This document shows positions 23,593 to 36,520 of a stretch of 64,000 nt of DNA, piece by piece. The DNA comes from Eledone cirrhosa (taxonomy: Eukaryota). The translations under genes were made by a program, and so were the position numbers. A model generated the notes under the pieces. That model was not told the origin of the DNA and did no database searches. It saw nothing but the letters and a program-made list of their open reading frames with translations. Position 1 is the first letter of the stretch. Each line of letters opens with the position of its first letter. The stretch lies in contig OZ024741.1 in NCBI GenBank assembly GCA_964016885.1, positions 397,358,001-397,422,000 on the forward strand, read 5' to 3'.

Positions 23593-24270
23593 TTTGTTTT
23601 TGAGTGTGGAACGGTCAAACATTTATTTACTTCAATGACAAAGAGAACTTATTACATTTCATACGAAACAACAATTATTCAAAAGCAACAGATATATTTA
23701 TTCAACAACAAAAAAAATACCGATAAATCTTTTTTAAAACATCTCTCAACGAACGTGGAAGAAAGAAGTATCAGTTTATTTACTATACACAATAATATCC
23801 TCTATGAGGTCAATAAACCTGCTAGAAACACCAGCTAACTCTCCCCCATATCACACCCCTCCATACTGTCTTAAATTTAGAAAACATATCCTCTATGAGG
23901 TCACTAAACCTGCTAGAAACAGCAGTTAACTCTCCCCCATATCACACCCCTCCCTACTGTCTTAAATTTAGAAAACACACAGACAACCATGCAGAACAAC
24001 TCCATCGCAGCTGTTGTTCGGCTGGCATCGTCTACGCGCGTGTTGCGCAAGTACTGTGAAACAATAAATTTCAACACTTCTTTGCACAGAGATAATATCC
24101 ATAGGCGAAACTACAATTGTCACTGCTAGCGCAGCTACTGCTTCGGCAGTCCGGGTCTGCAATTCATTCACCCAGTGCCTGGCAGACAAAAAAGTGGTGC
24201 CATAAAATGGGTGGTGCAATCTAACTTTGGTAACTTACTGACCCCGAGCAACGCCGGGCTTTAATGCTAG
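23220..24270 (+). mobile_element. Non-autonomous Helitron-like element
   Basis: A|TC start followed by (GT)n core; 3' CCCGAGCAACGCCGGG hairpin then CTAG|T (24267-24270); internal ~90-bp tandem duplication at ~23795-23975. Confidence 0.72.
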
Positions 24271-24410
24271 TATATATATAAATGAAAATATATATATATA
24301 TATGTGTGTGTGTAATTAAAAAGACGTGGGATATTGTGACATGTACAGGAAACAAACTCAGAAGAGACAAGTAGATGGACAATAGATCATTATAGTCTAG
24401 GAGTTTACAT

Positions 24411-24468
<58 letters not shown>

Positions 24469-24486
24469 TTGGGGAGGGGCATATTG

Positions 24487-24981
24487 TTGTAATAATATTG
24501 CCAGAAATAATAACAGAACACACCCACTGTTTGGTTGGTTTTCGCTTCTGTATCTTTTATATCTTCATAGTTAATTTATTTGGCAATCAATGTTTATCAT
24601 TGACTGACCAACGGTTAAAAATACAGATATAAATATATATATATATATAGTCTAACAAAGTTCTTTCGTTGCACATCTGCAACATCATCAGTGGTACTAT
24701 TATGCCATTTTTTTATGATAAAAAAAAATGGCGTAAACACTACAATACAACACAATAGGAGGAAACATGATAATAGTACCACTGATGATGTTGCAGATGT
24801 GCAACGAAAGAACTTTGATAGACTATATATATATATTTATATCTGTATTTTTAACCGTTGGTCAGTCAATGATAAACATTGATTGCCAAATAAATTAACT
24901 ATGAAGATATAAAAATGCAGAAGCGAAAAGCAACCAAACAGTGGGTGTGTTCTGTTATTAATTATGGCAATATTATTACAA
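24487..24981. repeat. ~215-bp inverted repeat pair, each arm beginning with a hammerhead-like motif
   Basis: 24487-24704 vs 24769-24981; CTGATGA at 24782 (+) and 24685-24691 (-), stem II GTTGCA/TGCAAC, GAAAG. Confidence 0.85.
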
Positions 24982-24983
24982 AA

Positions 24984-25180
24984 AGGCGGTGGATTGGCAG
25001 TATCGTTAGAGGGTCGGACGCCATGCTTTGACGCATAGAGTTACGGCCCTTGCCATTCTGAGTTCAAATCCCGCCGAGGTTAACTTTGCTTTTCATCCTT
25101 ACGGGGTCGATAAAATAAAAGTACCAGTAATGCACTCGGTTATTGCTGGCCTTGTGCCAAAAGTAGAAACAATTATTACA
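24984..25180 (+). mobile_element. tRNA-derived SINE (16094 family)
   Basis: Homology to 16094-16312; B-box GAGTTCAAATCCC. Confidence 0.85.
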
Positions 25181-25426
25181 ACAATATGACCCTCCCCAAG
25201 TATAACAATATATATATATTGATGATTTGATTAAGCATACATTGTATTTAAAAATGAGTGACACAACTTCAAGTGATTACCACTTTTTAGACAACTTAAT
25301 CAATGAAACAATTGTTAATACTGTACTGTTGACCATGTTATTCTTCACTTTTTCACTATATATATATATACGTGGAGAAATATATAAAGGAGAACAAATC
25401 GTTAAAACATGTTTATTTAAAATAGC

Positions 25427-25464
25427 ACCTACGTACGTTTCGCCCGAAAGGACTTCTCAAGGGT
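25427..25464 (-). ncRNA. Minimal hammerhead-like motif with U3-A8 core (UUGAGAA) and palindromic stem III
   Basis: Minus: ACCC-TTGAGAA-GTCC TTTC GGGC-GAAA-CGTACG-TA-GGT, AATAAA just downstream. Confidence 0.6.
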
Positions 25465-25685
25465 AGAACAAACTAAAAAGCGTTCCTTACATGGCCCGGA
25501 ATGGGTTTTTAGAAATAAGTTCACGTTACAGTTCATTCTTCGTAACAAAAACATTTATTGATTTTGAAATAGGTCAAGGGAGATAACTCTAACCGGTGTT
25601 AGAGCAATAATCTCCAAGCGACTTTTTATCCTTTATTGCTTTGTAGTTACAGCTTTACCATTGTCGATACGCACAGGGTCAGGTA

Positions 25686-25780
<95 letters not shown>

Positions 25781-25874
25781 CTATATATATATATAACTCT
25801 GGAAAACCTTTTGTTGAGTGCTTACAATCTATTGTAAAACTCATTCTTTGATGTATTCATTGAACCTTGTTTAA

Positions 25875-25942
<68 letters not shown>

Positions 25943-25945
<3 letters not shown>

Positions 25946-26095
25946 GATAACAAATTATCGTTATAAGTAATCCAGTTAGAGGTTGTGAATACTCCGTATT
26001 GTGGATAGTTTGCCTCAACTAGAGTTTTCCTTAGGTAGCGAGTTTGTGAGTTCTCGGGAATTTTTTTTCTGTTGACCATGTTATTCTTCACTCTT

Positions 26096-26162
<67 letters not shown>

Positions 26163-26312
26163 GATAACAAATTATCGTTATAAGTAATCCAGTTAGAGGT
26201 TGTGAATACTCCGTATTGTGGATAGTTTGCCTCAACTAGAGTTTTCCTTAGGTAGCGAGTTTGTGAGTTCTCGGGAATTTTTTTTCTGTTGACCATGTTA
26301 TTCTTCACTCTT

Positions 26313-26318
<6 letters not shown>
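25943..26318. repeat. Tandem duplication of a ~157-bp unit separated by (TA)n, enclosed by ~85-bp inverted repeats (25793-25877 / 26380-26464)
   Basis: Direct comparison. Confidence 0.9.
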
Positions 26319-26376
<58 letters not shown>

Positions 26377-26513
26377 TAAGAGTTAAACAAGGTTCAATGA
26401 ATACATCAAAGAATGAGTTTTACAATAGATTGTAAGCACTCAACAAAAGGTTTTCCAGAGTTATTAATATTCATTCAAAATATTAACAAAATAGATATTC
26501 TTGTGATCAATTA

Positions 26514-26580
26514 TATTTTATTATACATATTTCAGAGGTACTGAGTTAAGTTCAACAGTACGTCCTCATCAGATAAAATA
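26514..26580 (-). ncRNA. Type I hammerhead ribozyme motif with canonical core
   Basis: Minus: TATTTTAT-CTGATGA-GGAC GTACTG…CAGTAC CTCT-GAAA-TATGTA-TA-ATAAAATA; 8-bp perfect stem I, AUA triplet, minimal stem III. Confidence 0.75.
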
Positions 26581-27184
26581 AAATGATACATGACATACCC
26601 TGACATAGTAGATGGTTAAGATTCAATCAAGGTAGTGTCCTATGCCATCTTGAAGATGGCGTAGGACAGAACAAAGGAGAAGCACAAAACAAAGAGAAGA
26701 ATTCCCAGTCACTGAAAAGGTCACAGAATGTGTGACGAAAGAACCTTTACAATATATGAACAACCGTCCGGTTGTGGAACTAACCAACCAACCGGAAATT
26801 TATAAATTCTTAAATTTATAAATTTAATTTATAATAAATTGGAGTGAAAGCAACTGGTGCGTGTGTTTCTTATTGGCAACATGACCCTCCCAAAGTATAA
26901 CTATATATATATATAATTATTTATTTATTTACCACACCACATTAATACTGTCTCCTAACTCAGACGACAAAGAAGTGATTCGTGGTAGATTTGACTGTTA
27001 ATTCTAGCAAGTCTGTTCGATAGACTGGTGGTATAGGTTCCTAGTATCGATACAATCATACTGATCGTACTGATCGATGTTGTTTTATCATAATTGGTTT
27101 CACATTATTAATGCAGACGACAGCATGACATTCTTTGGATATTGGTCCCGTAGAGAGACTGCAGTCACGTGATAAAGAAATGGG

Positions 27185-27711
27185 ATTGTTGTTGGTGGTG
27201 GAGGGGTGATGGTGGAGAAGGAGGGGGTGACGGTATTGTTGTTGATGTTGTTGTTGTTGTTGTTGGCGGTGGTGGTGGTGGTGGGGAGTGTTGGTGTTGG
27301 TGGGGGCGGTTTCGTTGTTAGTGTTGGTGGTGTTAATGTTGCTGTTGTTGTTATTGGTGGCAGTGGTGGTGGTGGTGTTGGTGGGGGGGGGGGGGGAACA
27401 GGGAGTTTCGTTGTTGTTGTTGGCGGTGGTGGTGCGTGTTGTTGTTGTTGCTGCTCCTGCTACTGCTGCTGTTGGTGCTACTTGTACTACTACTGTTGTG
27501 AGATAGGACCAGTTGGATAAGAGAGGGGAGGGGGAGAGAGAGAAAGAAAGAAAGCAGAGAGAGGGAGAAGGGCAGGGGGAGGTGGGTGAAAGAAATAAGG
27601 CAGAGAAAGGCAGAGACAGGAGAGAGAGAGAGAGAAAATGCAGAGAGAGGAGAATGATAGAAAGTAGGCAGAGAGAGGAAGAAAGAGAGAGAAGGCAAAG
27701 AGGGAAGATAG

Positions 27712-27797
<86 letters not shown>

Positions 27798-27850
27798 CAA
27801 AGAGGGAAGATAGAGAGAGAGAGAGAAGGCAAAGAGGGAAGGTAGAGAGA

Positions 27851-27910
<60 letters not shown>

Positions 27911-28191
27911 CAAAGAGGGAAGAGAGAGAGAAAAAGAAAGGGAGAGAGAGAGAGGGGGGGAGGGGCGGTCGAGAGAGGGAGGGTAAGTGAGAAAAATATA
28001 CAACAGTGTGAAGATGTGAAGGAGGGGAGAGACTAGACACGTGACTGAAAAAACTGTTTCAGCTGTGGTTGTCACGTTTTGACCCAGTTTTGAGAGGACG
28101 ATTCTGTTGCAGGGACAAGGGACACACGTGTTTATATATATTACTCTCTTGCACTCACTCTTGTATATGGCTGTAGACATACACATACACT

Positions 28192-28228
<37 letters not shown>

Positions 28229-28231
28229 GTA

Positions 28232-28277
<46 letters not shown>

Positions 28278-28762
28278 CTTACACAACATGTATATATACA
28301 CACACACACAAACACACACACATACATACATACATACATACATACATACATACATACATACATACATACATACATACATACAAAGCATATACACATGCAC
28401 ACATACAACTCAAAACATACACATCCACACATACAATAACATCCATATCTACACATGCAGACACACACACATACATACATACATACATACATACATACAT
28501 ACATACATACATACATACATACATACATACATACATACATACATGCATACATACATGCATACATACATCCACACACTCACACATACACACATGTAAATAT
28601 ATATATGTATATATAGTACAATTAAATTTTCATATACTTAGTGGAGGATCCATTTCAATACTGGCCTCTCATCGGATATGTGTGTGTGTGTGTGTGTAAG
28701 TCTGTGCATATATGTGAGTATGTATGTATGTATGTATGTATGTATGTATGTATGTATGTATG
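27185..28762. repeat. Compound microsatellite region: (GTT/GGT)n, (GA)n, (CA)n, (TA)n, (TACA)n
   Basis: Direct reading. Confidence 0.9.
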
Positions 28763-31700
28763 TTCTGCTGGTTTTATAATTTCACAAAGTTTTACCAATA
28801 GAGAGAGAGTCGGTTTCTAATATAGACACAAGACTCTCTCCTTGGAATTTACACATCAACTAGGTAGATATGTATGCATGCATGTGTAGATATGGATGTT
28901 ATTGTATATGTGGATGTGTATGTTTTGAGTTGTATGTGTGCATGTATATATGCTTTGTATCTGTACATGTGTATATGCAGTTATTAGATGCAACATTTTT
29001 GGAATGTTTTACATATTTTTACTGTTCCAGTAATGGATTGTACTTGTAATTTCCTAACTAGTTGTGTTCTTTCTGTTCCTGTGAAGCCTAGCTTCTCAAG
29101 ATTTGTATTGAGGCAGTTACTAACATATCCCAGTGCCCCAATAATCACAGGCATAAATCTGAAGGTGTAATCAGGGTGGAGTATCTTCAAATTTCTCATC
29201 AGTTCTGCATAAATATTCTCCTTTTCGCTAGTCTTCGATATTATATTGGCATCTGCTGGGCAGCTAATTTCCACTACTGTGCATGTTTTCTTCACCCTGT
29301 CCCATATCATAATATCTGGTCTGTTATGCCTGCATTTTATTGGGGTTTTTACTGGAACATTCCACCAGTACTCTTTTATATTATGTACATGGATGTCTTC
29401 CACATTTAATGTCTTCCACATTTAATGTGTTTATTATCGGGCCTATCTTTTTACGAACTGCATTGTATCACAGGGAATATCTCTCGAAGAGTTCCTTCCC
29501 AACTCTCATGATCTTATCTGCTTCATGCAGATAGACTTGCTCGAGAAACGGGCTCCTACGCTTCGATGTTCGTAGATGTTGTCGGAGAGATATGATGCAA
29601 CATTCAAATGTTGTCTGAACTGATGTTAGGCCTTTGCCTCCCTGCTTACGTTTCAAGTAAAGGCGGTCTATGTCACTGTTGATGTGGAAGTTTCCGGTAT
29701 TGTTTAGTATTTTTCGAGTTCCAGCATCAACTGCTCGGATTTCGTCTATCGTCCAATTGAGTATTCCAAACGTTGGTGTTAGGACAGACACAGCAAACAC
29801 ATTGTGAGCCACTGTTTTGTTTTGCGCAGAGAGTTCCGATGACCAAATCTTTCTTAATCGGGTGTAGTATTCCCTGGTTACGCGTTCTTTATTACAGATA
29901 CCATTATAGGATATGTTCTCATATATCCCCAGGTATCTGTAGCAGTCCTCATCAGATATCGGTGAAACAGTTAGGCCATTGATGACAATGTTGCTAGATT
30001 GGGTTGTTGTTTTTCCCCGCTTTACAGTCATGTATGAGCATTTATCTTGGCCAAACTCCATTCCTATATCCTTTGAGAACGTTGTAACCAGGTCAAGATT
30101 TTTCTTCATCCCATCCATGTTCTTGGCATAGAGTTTCAGATCGTCTACAAAGAGATTATGGGTTAGGTTCATATTTCTGTCCTCCTGTGAGCCAATGATG
30201 TATCCCTCACATTTCTTGAGTAGAAAGGACAAAGGGTTTAATGACAAGATGAATAATATCACAGAGAGACTGTCCCCCTGAAATATACCCCCTGCAATAT
30301 TTTATTTTATCAGTGAAAATAGAGTCCTACCTCTCTGTCTTTAACCTTAGGATAGTAGCCCAAGAAGAAGACAGCCTCTCTATAGCTCTGACAATAATGT
30401 CTGGGACTTTAGCAAGCTGGAGGGCCTCTATCATCCAAGAGTGGGGAACAGAAACGAAAGCTTTCCTGTAGTCCAGCCAGACTGTAGCCATATTCCTCCT
30501 AAGTTGTCGCACCTCTGACATCACAGTTTTGTTGATTAAGAGTTGTTCAGCACATCCCCAAACCTCTTTCTTTCCAGCTGCTTGTTCATCTGTGTTGATG
30601 TTATTATTTTCACAGTGATCTTGGAGGAATAGGTTTAGGCAGGCTGTATACATCTTATACATCAGATTCTGGCATACAATGGGTCGGTAGTTTTTTGCCA
30701 AGTGGGTGTCTTTGTTCTTGGGGACCAGTAATGTTTGTGCTAATGTCAACCATTCTGGTATAAGCGTATCTCCCTTAAGAATTTGTTGGTAGAGGTCATT
30801 AAGATACATCCGATAGAATATCAGGTTTTTGTACTAGTAGCCGACAATCATGTCTCTTCCTGGTGTTTTCTTATCTTGGAGTTTTCCTATCACAGTCTCA
30901 AGGGTACCCTCACTTATTTCGTATGTTTTTGTTGTAGTGTAGGAGCAATAGTTCTTTCGGATTTCTCTTAGCCACACTACATCTTGGTTGAAATTCTTCT
31001 TTCCACCCCATATTTTGCTCCAAAAGGAAACTATGTCTTTCTGGGATGGGGCCTCAGTGACACTGATTATTTTGCCCTTCATATCTCTATAGACTGATGT
31101 TTGGTTTCGTCTGAATCTTTTATTAAGCACTTTTCTCTCATCTACCTTCTTCAGGTATAGGCGTTTTTCGCTAACAGCTCTCAATTCTTGTTTGAGGGTG
31201 ATCAGCTTATATTGAAGAGTTCTCGTTCTACTGTTACCAAACATCGTCTCTATGTTATTTTTCACACTTTGCTGGTGAGGAGTCAAGTTTTATGTGTTTG
31301 TTTGCATGTAAGGAGCATTGTCACATATCCTATGGTTTTTTGTAGGCCAGCAATCTTTTTTTCTAATTTCAGTTATATATGATGGTACTTTTTGTCGTGT
31401 TTTGTTCTTGTTAATATCTCTGCTATCACCAAGATAATGCTTCACTGTCGTTGTGAATTGGCAGTATCGGTAGAGGGTTGGACGCCATGCTTTCTAGCAT
31501 AGTTACGTCCCTTTACAGTCTGAGTTCAAATCCCGCCGAGGTTAACTTTGCCTTTCATCCTTACGGGGTCGATAAAATAAAGTACCAGTAATGTACTGGG
31601 TAATTGCTGGCCTTGTGCCTAAAGTAGAAACAGTTATTAAGGCATATAAATAGGTGTTGATTTGCCAAAATGTTGGGGTTTTTATTCGTCGTAAATATTC

Positions 31701-32657
31701 ACCCCCTATTTCGCCAATAACACGTAATATTTCTTTATTTGTTTTTTTTATTAAACATTGCCGTTTTAATACGTTCAGCAAGAAAAATGTTTATACATGA
31801 ATTAATATCTCTCTGGAAGATTTCGTTGGGGGAAAATTTCAATTGTTTATACTTTTGATTATTATCATTATCGATAGTATTTTCCACAACAGTCGAGGTA
31901 GACTCGGATGGTACACGTGGTGTCAAATTTCTTCGATTATTATTATTATTATCGATAGTGTTTTCCCCAACATTCGAGGTAGACTTAGATGGTACAGGTG
32001 GTGTCAAGTTTCTTACAGGCATAGTTGTTTCAAGGCACTGTTCGACCAGGCTGCTAAGAAATCTAGTAGCATGGCGACCTGTAGCACGTGTTGTTGATTC
32101 CATGTTTGTTGTGGGGGACTTACAATTAATACTATTTATCTTATTTTTACCTTCAACAAACGTCGCTTGTTGGCGTAATTGTTTCGCTGTGAAATAATTT
32201 AGCTCGGGTGCATTTCGTCCCAGTGTAGCTTCATTCTGTTCATATAGCCAATGGAGGGATTGTTTTTGCCATTTTATAACAATTAAATAAATCATTATTA
32301 AGTTCGCAACTCCAAGAGAAATGCGATTTATAATTTCGGTCTCTTCTGTAGCTACAACTGAATAAAGTTTGTTTACCTTTCTTGTTGGTTGTCTTCGGTA
32401 CTTCCTTAATTTTGTTGTTGAATTCTTGTGTTCAACCATGCTGTTTGTAGCAAATCCTTGTAAAATGAATTATGTATTTAGTCGGATATATCTACGAATT
32501 CGAATAAAAGGTGTCTTCAGAAGATATAGTTAGAAGAATAACCAGTTATTCAAGCTGACTGTAGTTGTGGCATTACTGTCGGAGATAGTATTCATCTTAA
32601 ATTTAATAAATAGTCTCTCACGCCAAAATATGCGACTGATCGCGTTGACTGTATAGT
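28763..32657 (-). mobile_element. Near full-length decayed R4/Dong-type non-LTR retrotransposon (RT + restriction-like endonuclease) in (TACA)n
   Basis: KTPGRDMIVGY, NYRPIVC, WLDYRKAFVSVPH, GIFQGDSLS, THNLFVDDLKLY, YRYLGI, DIDRLYLKRKQGGKGL, HNRPDIMIWDR…VVEISCP…EK (PD-D/ExK); (TATG)n at both ends. Confidence 0.9.
31453..31638 (+). mobile_element. tRNA-derived SINE (16094 family) inserted antisense into the R4-type ORF
   Basis: Homology to 16094 and 24984 copies; interrupts …TYLYA / TTVKHYL…. Confidence 0.85.
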
Positions 32658-33309
32658 GTATGTATGTATGTATGTACGTATGTATGTATATATATATACA
32701 TGCATTTATGTATGTATATATACTGCAAATTGAAATAGCAGATAAGATAACCGCAATTACCTAAACTGTGAATTATATACCCTGGTTAATTTATACAAAT
32801 CTGAACGTCAATATAAATTTATCGAATTATTGTGTTGTATCCAGGAGACAAATGACTCCCTACATCTTATATCGGCTTGTGTGAGGGCAGATTCAAGAGG
32901 CGGTACACAAACCATATATCCATGTTAACCATGAAGAGAAAAGAAATATCACAATATTAATAAGCTAATTGTGACATCTAAAAGTGGACAGCAATGACTC
33001 TAGCCCTTGTGACTGCTGTTATTATGGCTACTGTAATGACAAAACGTACTACACCCTCATTCTTCTTCTTCTTCTTCTTCTTCTTCTTCTTCTTCTTCTT
33101 CTTCTTCTTCTTCTTTTCTCCTCCTCCTCCTCCCACCCTCCTCCTACTACTCATTTTCTTCTTTTTTCTTCTTCTTCGTCTCCCCTCCCCTCCCCCTTCT
33201 TCTTCTTCTTCTTCTTCTTCTTCTTCTTCTTCTTCTCCTCCTCCTCATCCTCCTCCTCTTCCCCTTCCTCCTCCTCCCTCTTACTCCTTCTCCTCCTTCT
33301 CCTCCTCTG

Positions 33310-33610
33310 CCTTCTTATTCTTTGCCCACTTTTTCCCTGTGACCGTCGTGGAGGCAGAGTCCTCAAACACTCCTTCCATCGGGTCCTGCGAGAAGCAGCC
33401 ATCTCCAACTGATCCGGCTGTATCCCCAAGTGAGACCAGCCAAACTCATGGATGTTATCCAACCAATCTTGGTCAGGGTCTACCCCTGGGTCTCCTGCCG
33501 GCCGGCTGCTTTTTCCTCTAAAATCTTTCTACCGACTTTTGTGGAATCTCTGGAGCATCCTCTCCGAACAGGGTCCCTTCTTCTTTCGCTCTTTTCTCTT
33601 TCTTCCTGCT
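33310..33610 (-). mobile_element. 3' fragment of an RTE (Rex3/Expander-like) LINE with (GAA)-rich tail
   Basis: GRRPRGRP…WLDNIHEFGWSHLGIQPDQLEMAASRRTRWKECLRTLPPR resembles Rex3/Expander C-terminus. Confidence 0.7.
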
Positions 33611-33629
33611 TATACACACACACACACAG

Positions 33630-33688
<59 letters not shown>

Positions 33689-34018
33689 ACCGATACTAGC
33701 AGTAAAACCCATGCTAGTCCCGTTAACTTATATATATATATATGTGTGTGTGTGTGTATATATATATAGGTATGTGTGTATGTGTTGATATATGAGGGGC
33801 CCACGAAACCTGAAGAGCCCCTCCCCCCTCCCTCCAGGTCTAAATCAAGTCATATTGACTTGAATCTCTGAATAATAGAATAGTGAAAACTGGAACAGTA
33901 TTAAATATATTTAATATTTACTCCACCTATTGTATTGTGCTTTTTAAACTTTATTCATAAAAGTAGCATCTACGTAATAATACGTAACAACACCCTACTA
34001 CCTAAATATATATAACAA

Positions 34019-34050
34019 CTAGCTGGCGTACCCAGCTCTGTCTGGGTAAA
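34019..34050 (-). mobile_element. Helitron-like 3' terminus (extent of element unresolved)
   Basis: Minus: TACCCAG ACAGAG CTGGGTA hairpin, CGCCAG, CTAG|T. Confidence 0.55.
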
Positions 34051-34333
34051 TAAATGATAAGAGAAGACTGGTAGAAGAGAAAACGTCTGGATTGGATGTG
34101 TTGTCTGGTTTACAGTAGAAATGTGTGTGTGTGTGTTTGCATGTGTCTGTGGGTGTGTGTGGAGGTGTGTGGAGGTGTGTGTGTGTTTGTATGTGTTTGT
34201 GTGTTTGCATGTATGTGTGCGTGTTTGTGTGTGTGTGTGCGCGCGTTTGTGTGTGTGGGTGTATGTGTGTGGAGGTGTGTGAGGTGGGAGTGTGTGTGTG
34301 TGTCTGTGTGTGTTTGTGCGTGTGTGTGTTTGT

Positions 34334-34424
<91 letters not shown>

Positions 34425-34782
34425 TTTGTGTGTGTGTGTGTGTGTGTGTGTCTGTGTTTGTGTTTGTGTGTGTTTGTGTGCGTGCGCGTGTGTCTGTATA
34501 AACGAACGTTCAAATCGGAGAGGCTGGCCGCGAAACACAATCATCACTAACAACGAACACTCAGAGAGAATCCTCAATAGCAGTCAGGCTGGTTAACATA
34601 CCCGGGATGTTTTTCTTCTTCTTTGATGTTATAAAAGTAGTACCAATAAACCTTTATGTGTATATCCTTATTCCATTGCTGTACTTACTTTTCGGTGTCA
34701 TTTTTCGTTTGTGTGTGACGTGCGAAGAAACCAACAACAAACAAACATCTCTCTTTTATATTATGTATAGATTATATTATGT

Positions 34783-34930
34783 ATGCTTTGCAGCATAGTT
34801 ACGTCCCTTTACGGTCTGAGTTCAAATCCCGTCGAGGTTAACTTTGCCTTTCATCCTTACTGGGCCGATAAAATAAAGTACCAGTGATACACTGGGGTAA
34901 TCACTGGCCTTGTGTCAAAAGTAGAAACTC
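34783..34930 (+). mobile_element. 5'-truncated SINE (16094 family)
   Basis: GAGTTCAAATCCCGTCGAGGTTAACTTTGCCTTTCATCC…AAAGTACCAG. Confidence 0.8.
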
Positions 34931-35569
34931 TATATTATGTATAGATTATCGTTAACAATTATAAAGTGGAAGTAGGGACATGTTAGCTATTGAAAGAGGC
35001 GGAAACACCGGTGCCGTCACTTTTGTAAGTCTATTAATAATAGTGTATAGGTTTTGGGCTTTTTATAGAATGTGATAGGAGGACGAAAATATAAAAGTTA
35101 CTGCAACGGTCTTTGGGTGTTTGAAATCATGACTCATCCACGCTTTGTTTGCCTTGCAAAACATTATTTTAAATCAAGTCACTTGTCGAGTACAGCTCTG
35201 AAGTGTGTGTGTGTATGTGTGTATGTGTGTATGTGTGGATGTGAGGGAGTGTGTGGGGGGTGAATGAGTGTGTGAGTGTGTGTGTGTGTGTGTGGATGTG
35301 TGCGACTGTATGAGTGTATGCATGTATGTATGTGTGTGTATGTGTATGTGTATGTGTGTATGTGTATACATGTGTGCATGTGTGTGTGTGTGCGTGTGTG
35401 TATTATTATCTGTTTGACCAGGGCGGAGGACACTCGTGCGTATTCAGTCAGCCTTTTTGGAGATTTCGGCACAGGTTGAACAAGTTTGTCGTCATGTGAT
35501 CAACGAAACGTACAAACCTGGTATGGTGTCGTAGTGTAGTATGGTGTAGTACCGACCTATATATATATA

Positions 35570-35760
35570 TAATGAAGGAGATGTGGTAAGGAACCAGATG
35601 GACCATAACGCACCAGAGTACTCAATACTTAGGGTAGTAGAGTGGGTAATATGAAAATGTTAACCCCGACGCAGAGCGCATGCCGTTTCGACGGCTATTT
35701 CTGGACTGAAATAGCCGTCGAAACGGCTTGAGCTCTGCCGTCGGGGTTAACATGTTCATA
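35570..35760 (-). mobile_element. Fold-back solo PLE terminus, inverted homolog of 18070-18265
   Basis: Same tail and same palindrome centred on …TTTCTGGACT/GAAATAGCCG…; (TA)n flanks. Confidence 0.75.
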
Positions 35761-36067
35761 TATATATATAGAGAGAGACAGAGAGAGAGATATTTAGGAG
35801 CCGCAGAAACCCATATGCTGGATTTTACCAATCTTCCAGGGGTCCGGGTAAATTTTCAATCACAGATTTTTTATTTGTTTGACCCGAATTACTTGATCGT
35901 TTTCTTTTGGCTATGCGAATGATTGTTTAACCATCGTCTCAGTGTGATTGGCCTTTAACGTTTGTTATAGCTCTGGTTCATTTGAATCATTGAGCACTTG
36001 CCACACATCTCGGGGGTTGTTTTTCGTTATTTCGTGGGCCGAAATGCGATTCTCGATAATTTATATT

Positions 36068-36099
<32 letters not shown>

Positions 36100-36110
<11 letters not shown>

Positions 36111-36520
36111 AAGTTGTAGTTCCTGTCTCTTTGATTGTTTGTTTGTTTGTTCCACGAACTCCTCCTATGGTTTTGGAGATAGACCCCCATAACCATATAT
36201 GAAACTACATTGCCCAGGGTACTTTGATAAGTATATTTCACTTTAATCAAAGGGTTCCCGGAGGCACTAAATCCCCGCTGAAAACACCGCTGAAAATGTT
36301 TTCCCTTCGATTTATATGAAATTTAAACCATAGGTAAATAAAAAGATATGATGCCTATTCACATGATTTGGATATATTACAAAAAGTAATGTTTTCCAAT
36401 TGTTCATGCATTACATTTTACATTGAGTAATATTGAAATACAGAGTTTTTCTCCATAAATGATATCACTGATTACAAAAGAAAATGTGTGAAACGCAGCA
36501 AGGCGCGGGTAATTCGGCTC

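Noticed and set aside
27056-28576. 506-aa ORF
   Set aside because: Concatenated microsatellites; no domain content
32485-32530. Hammerhead near the 5' end of the R4-type element (minus CTGAAGA…CGAA)
   Set aside because: No stem II, GAAA incomplete, stem I out of register
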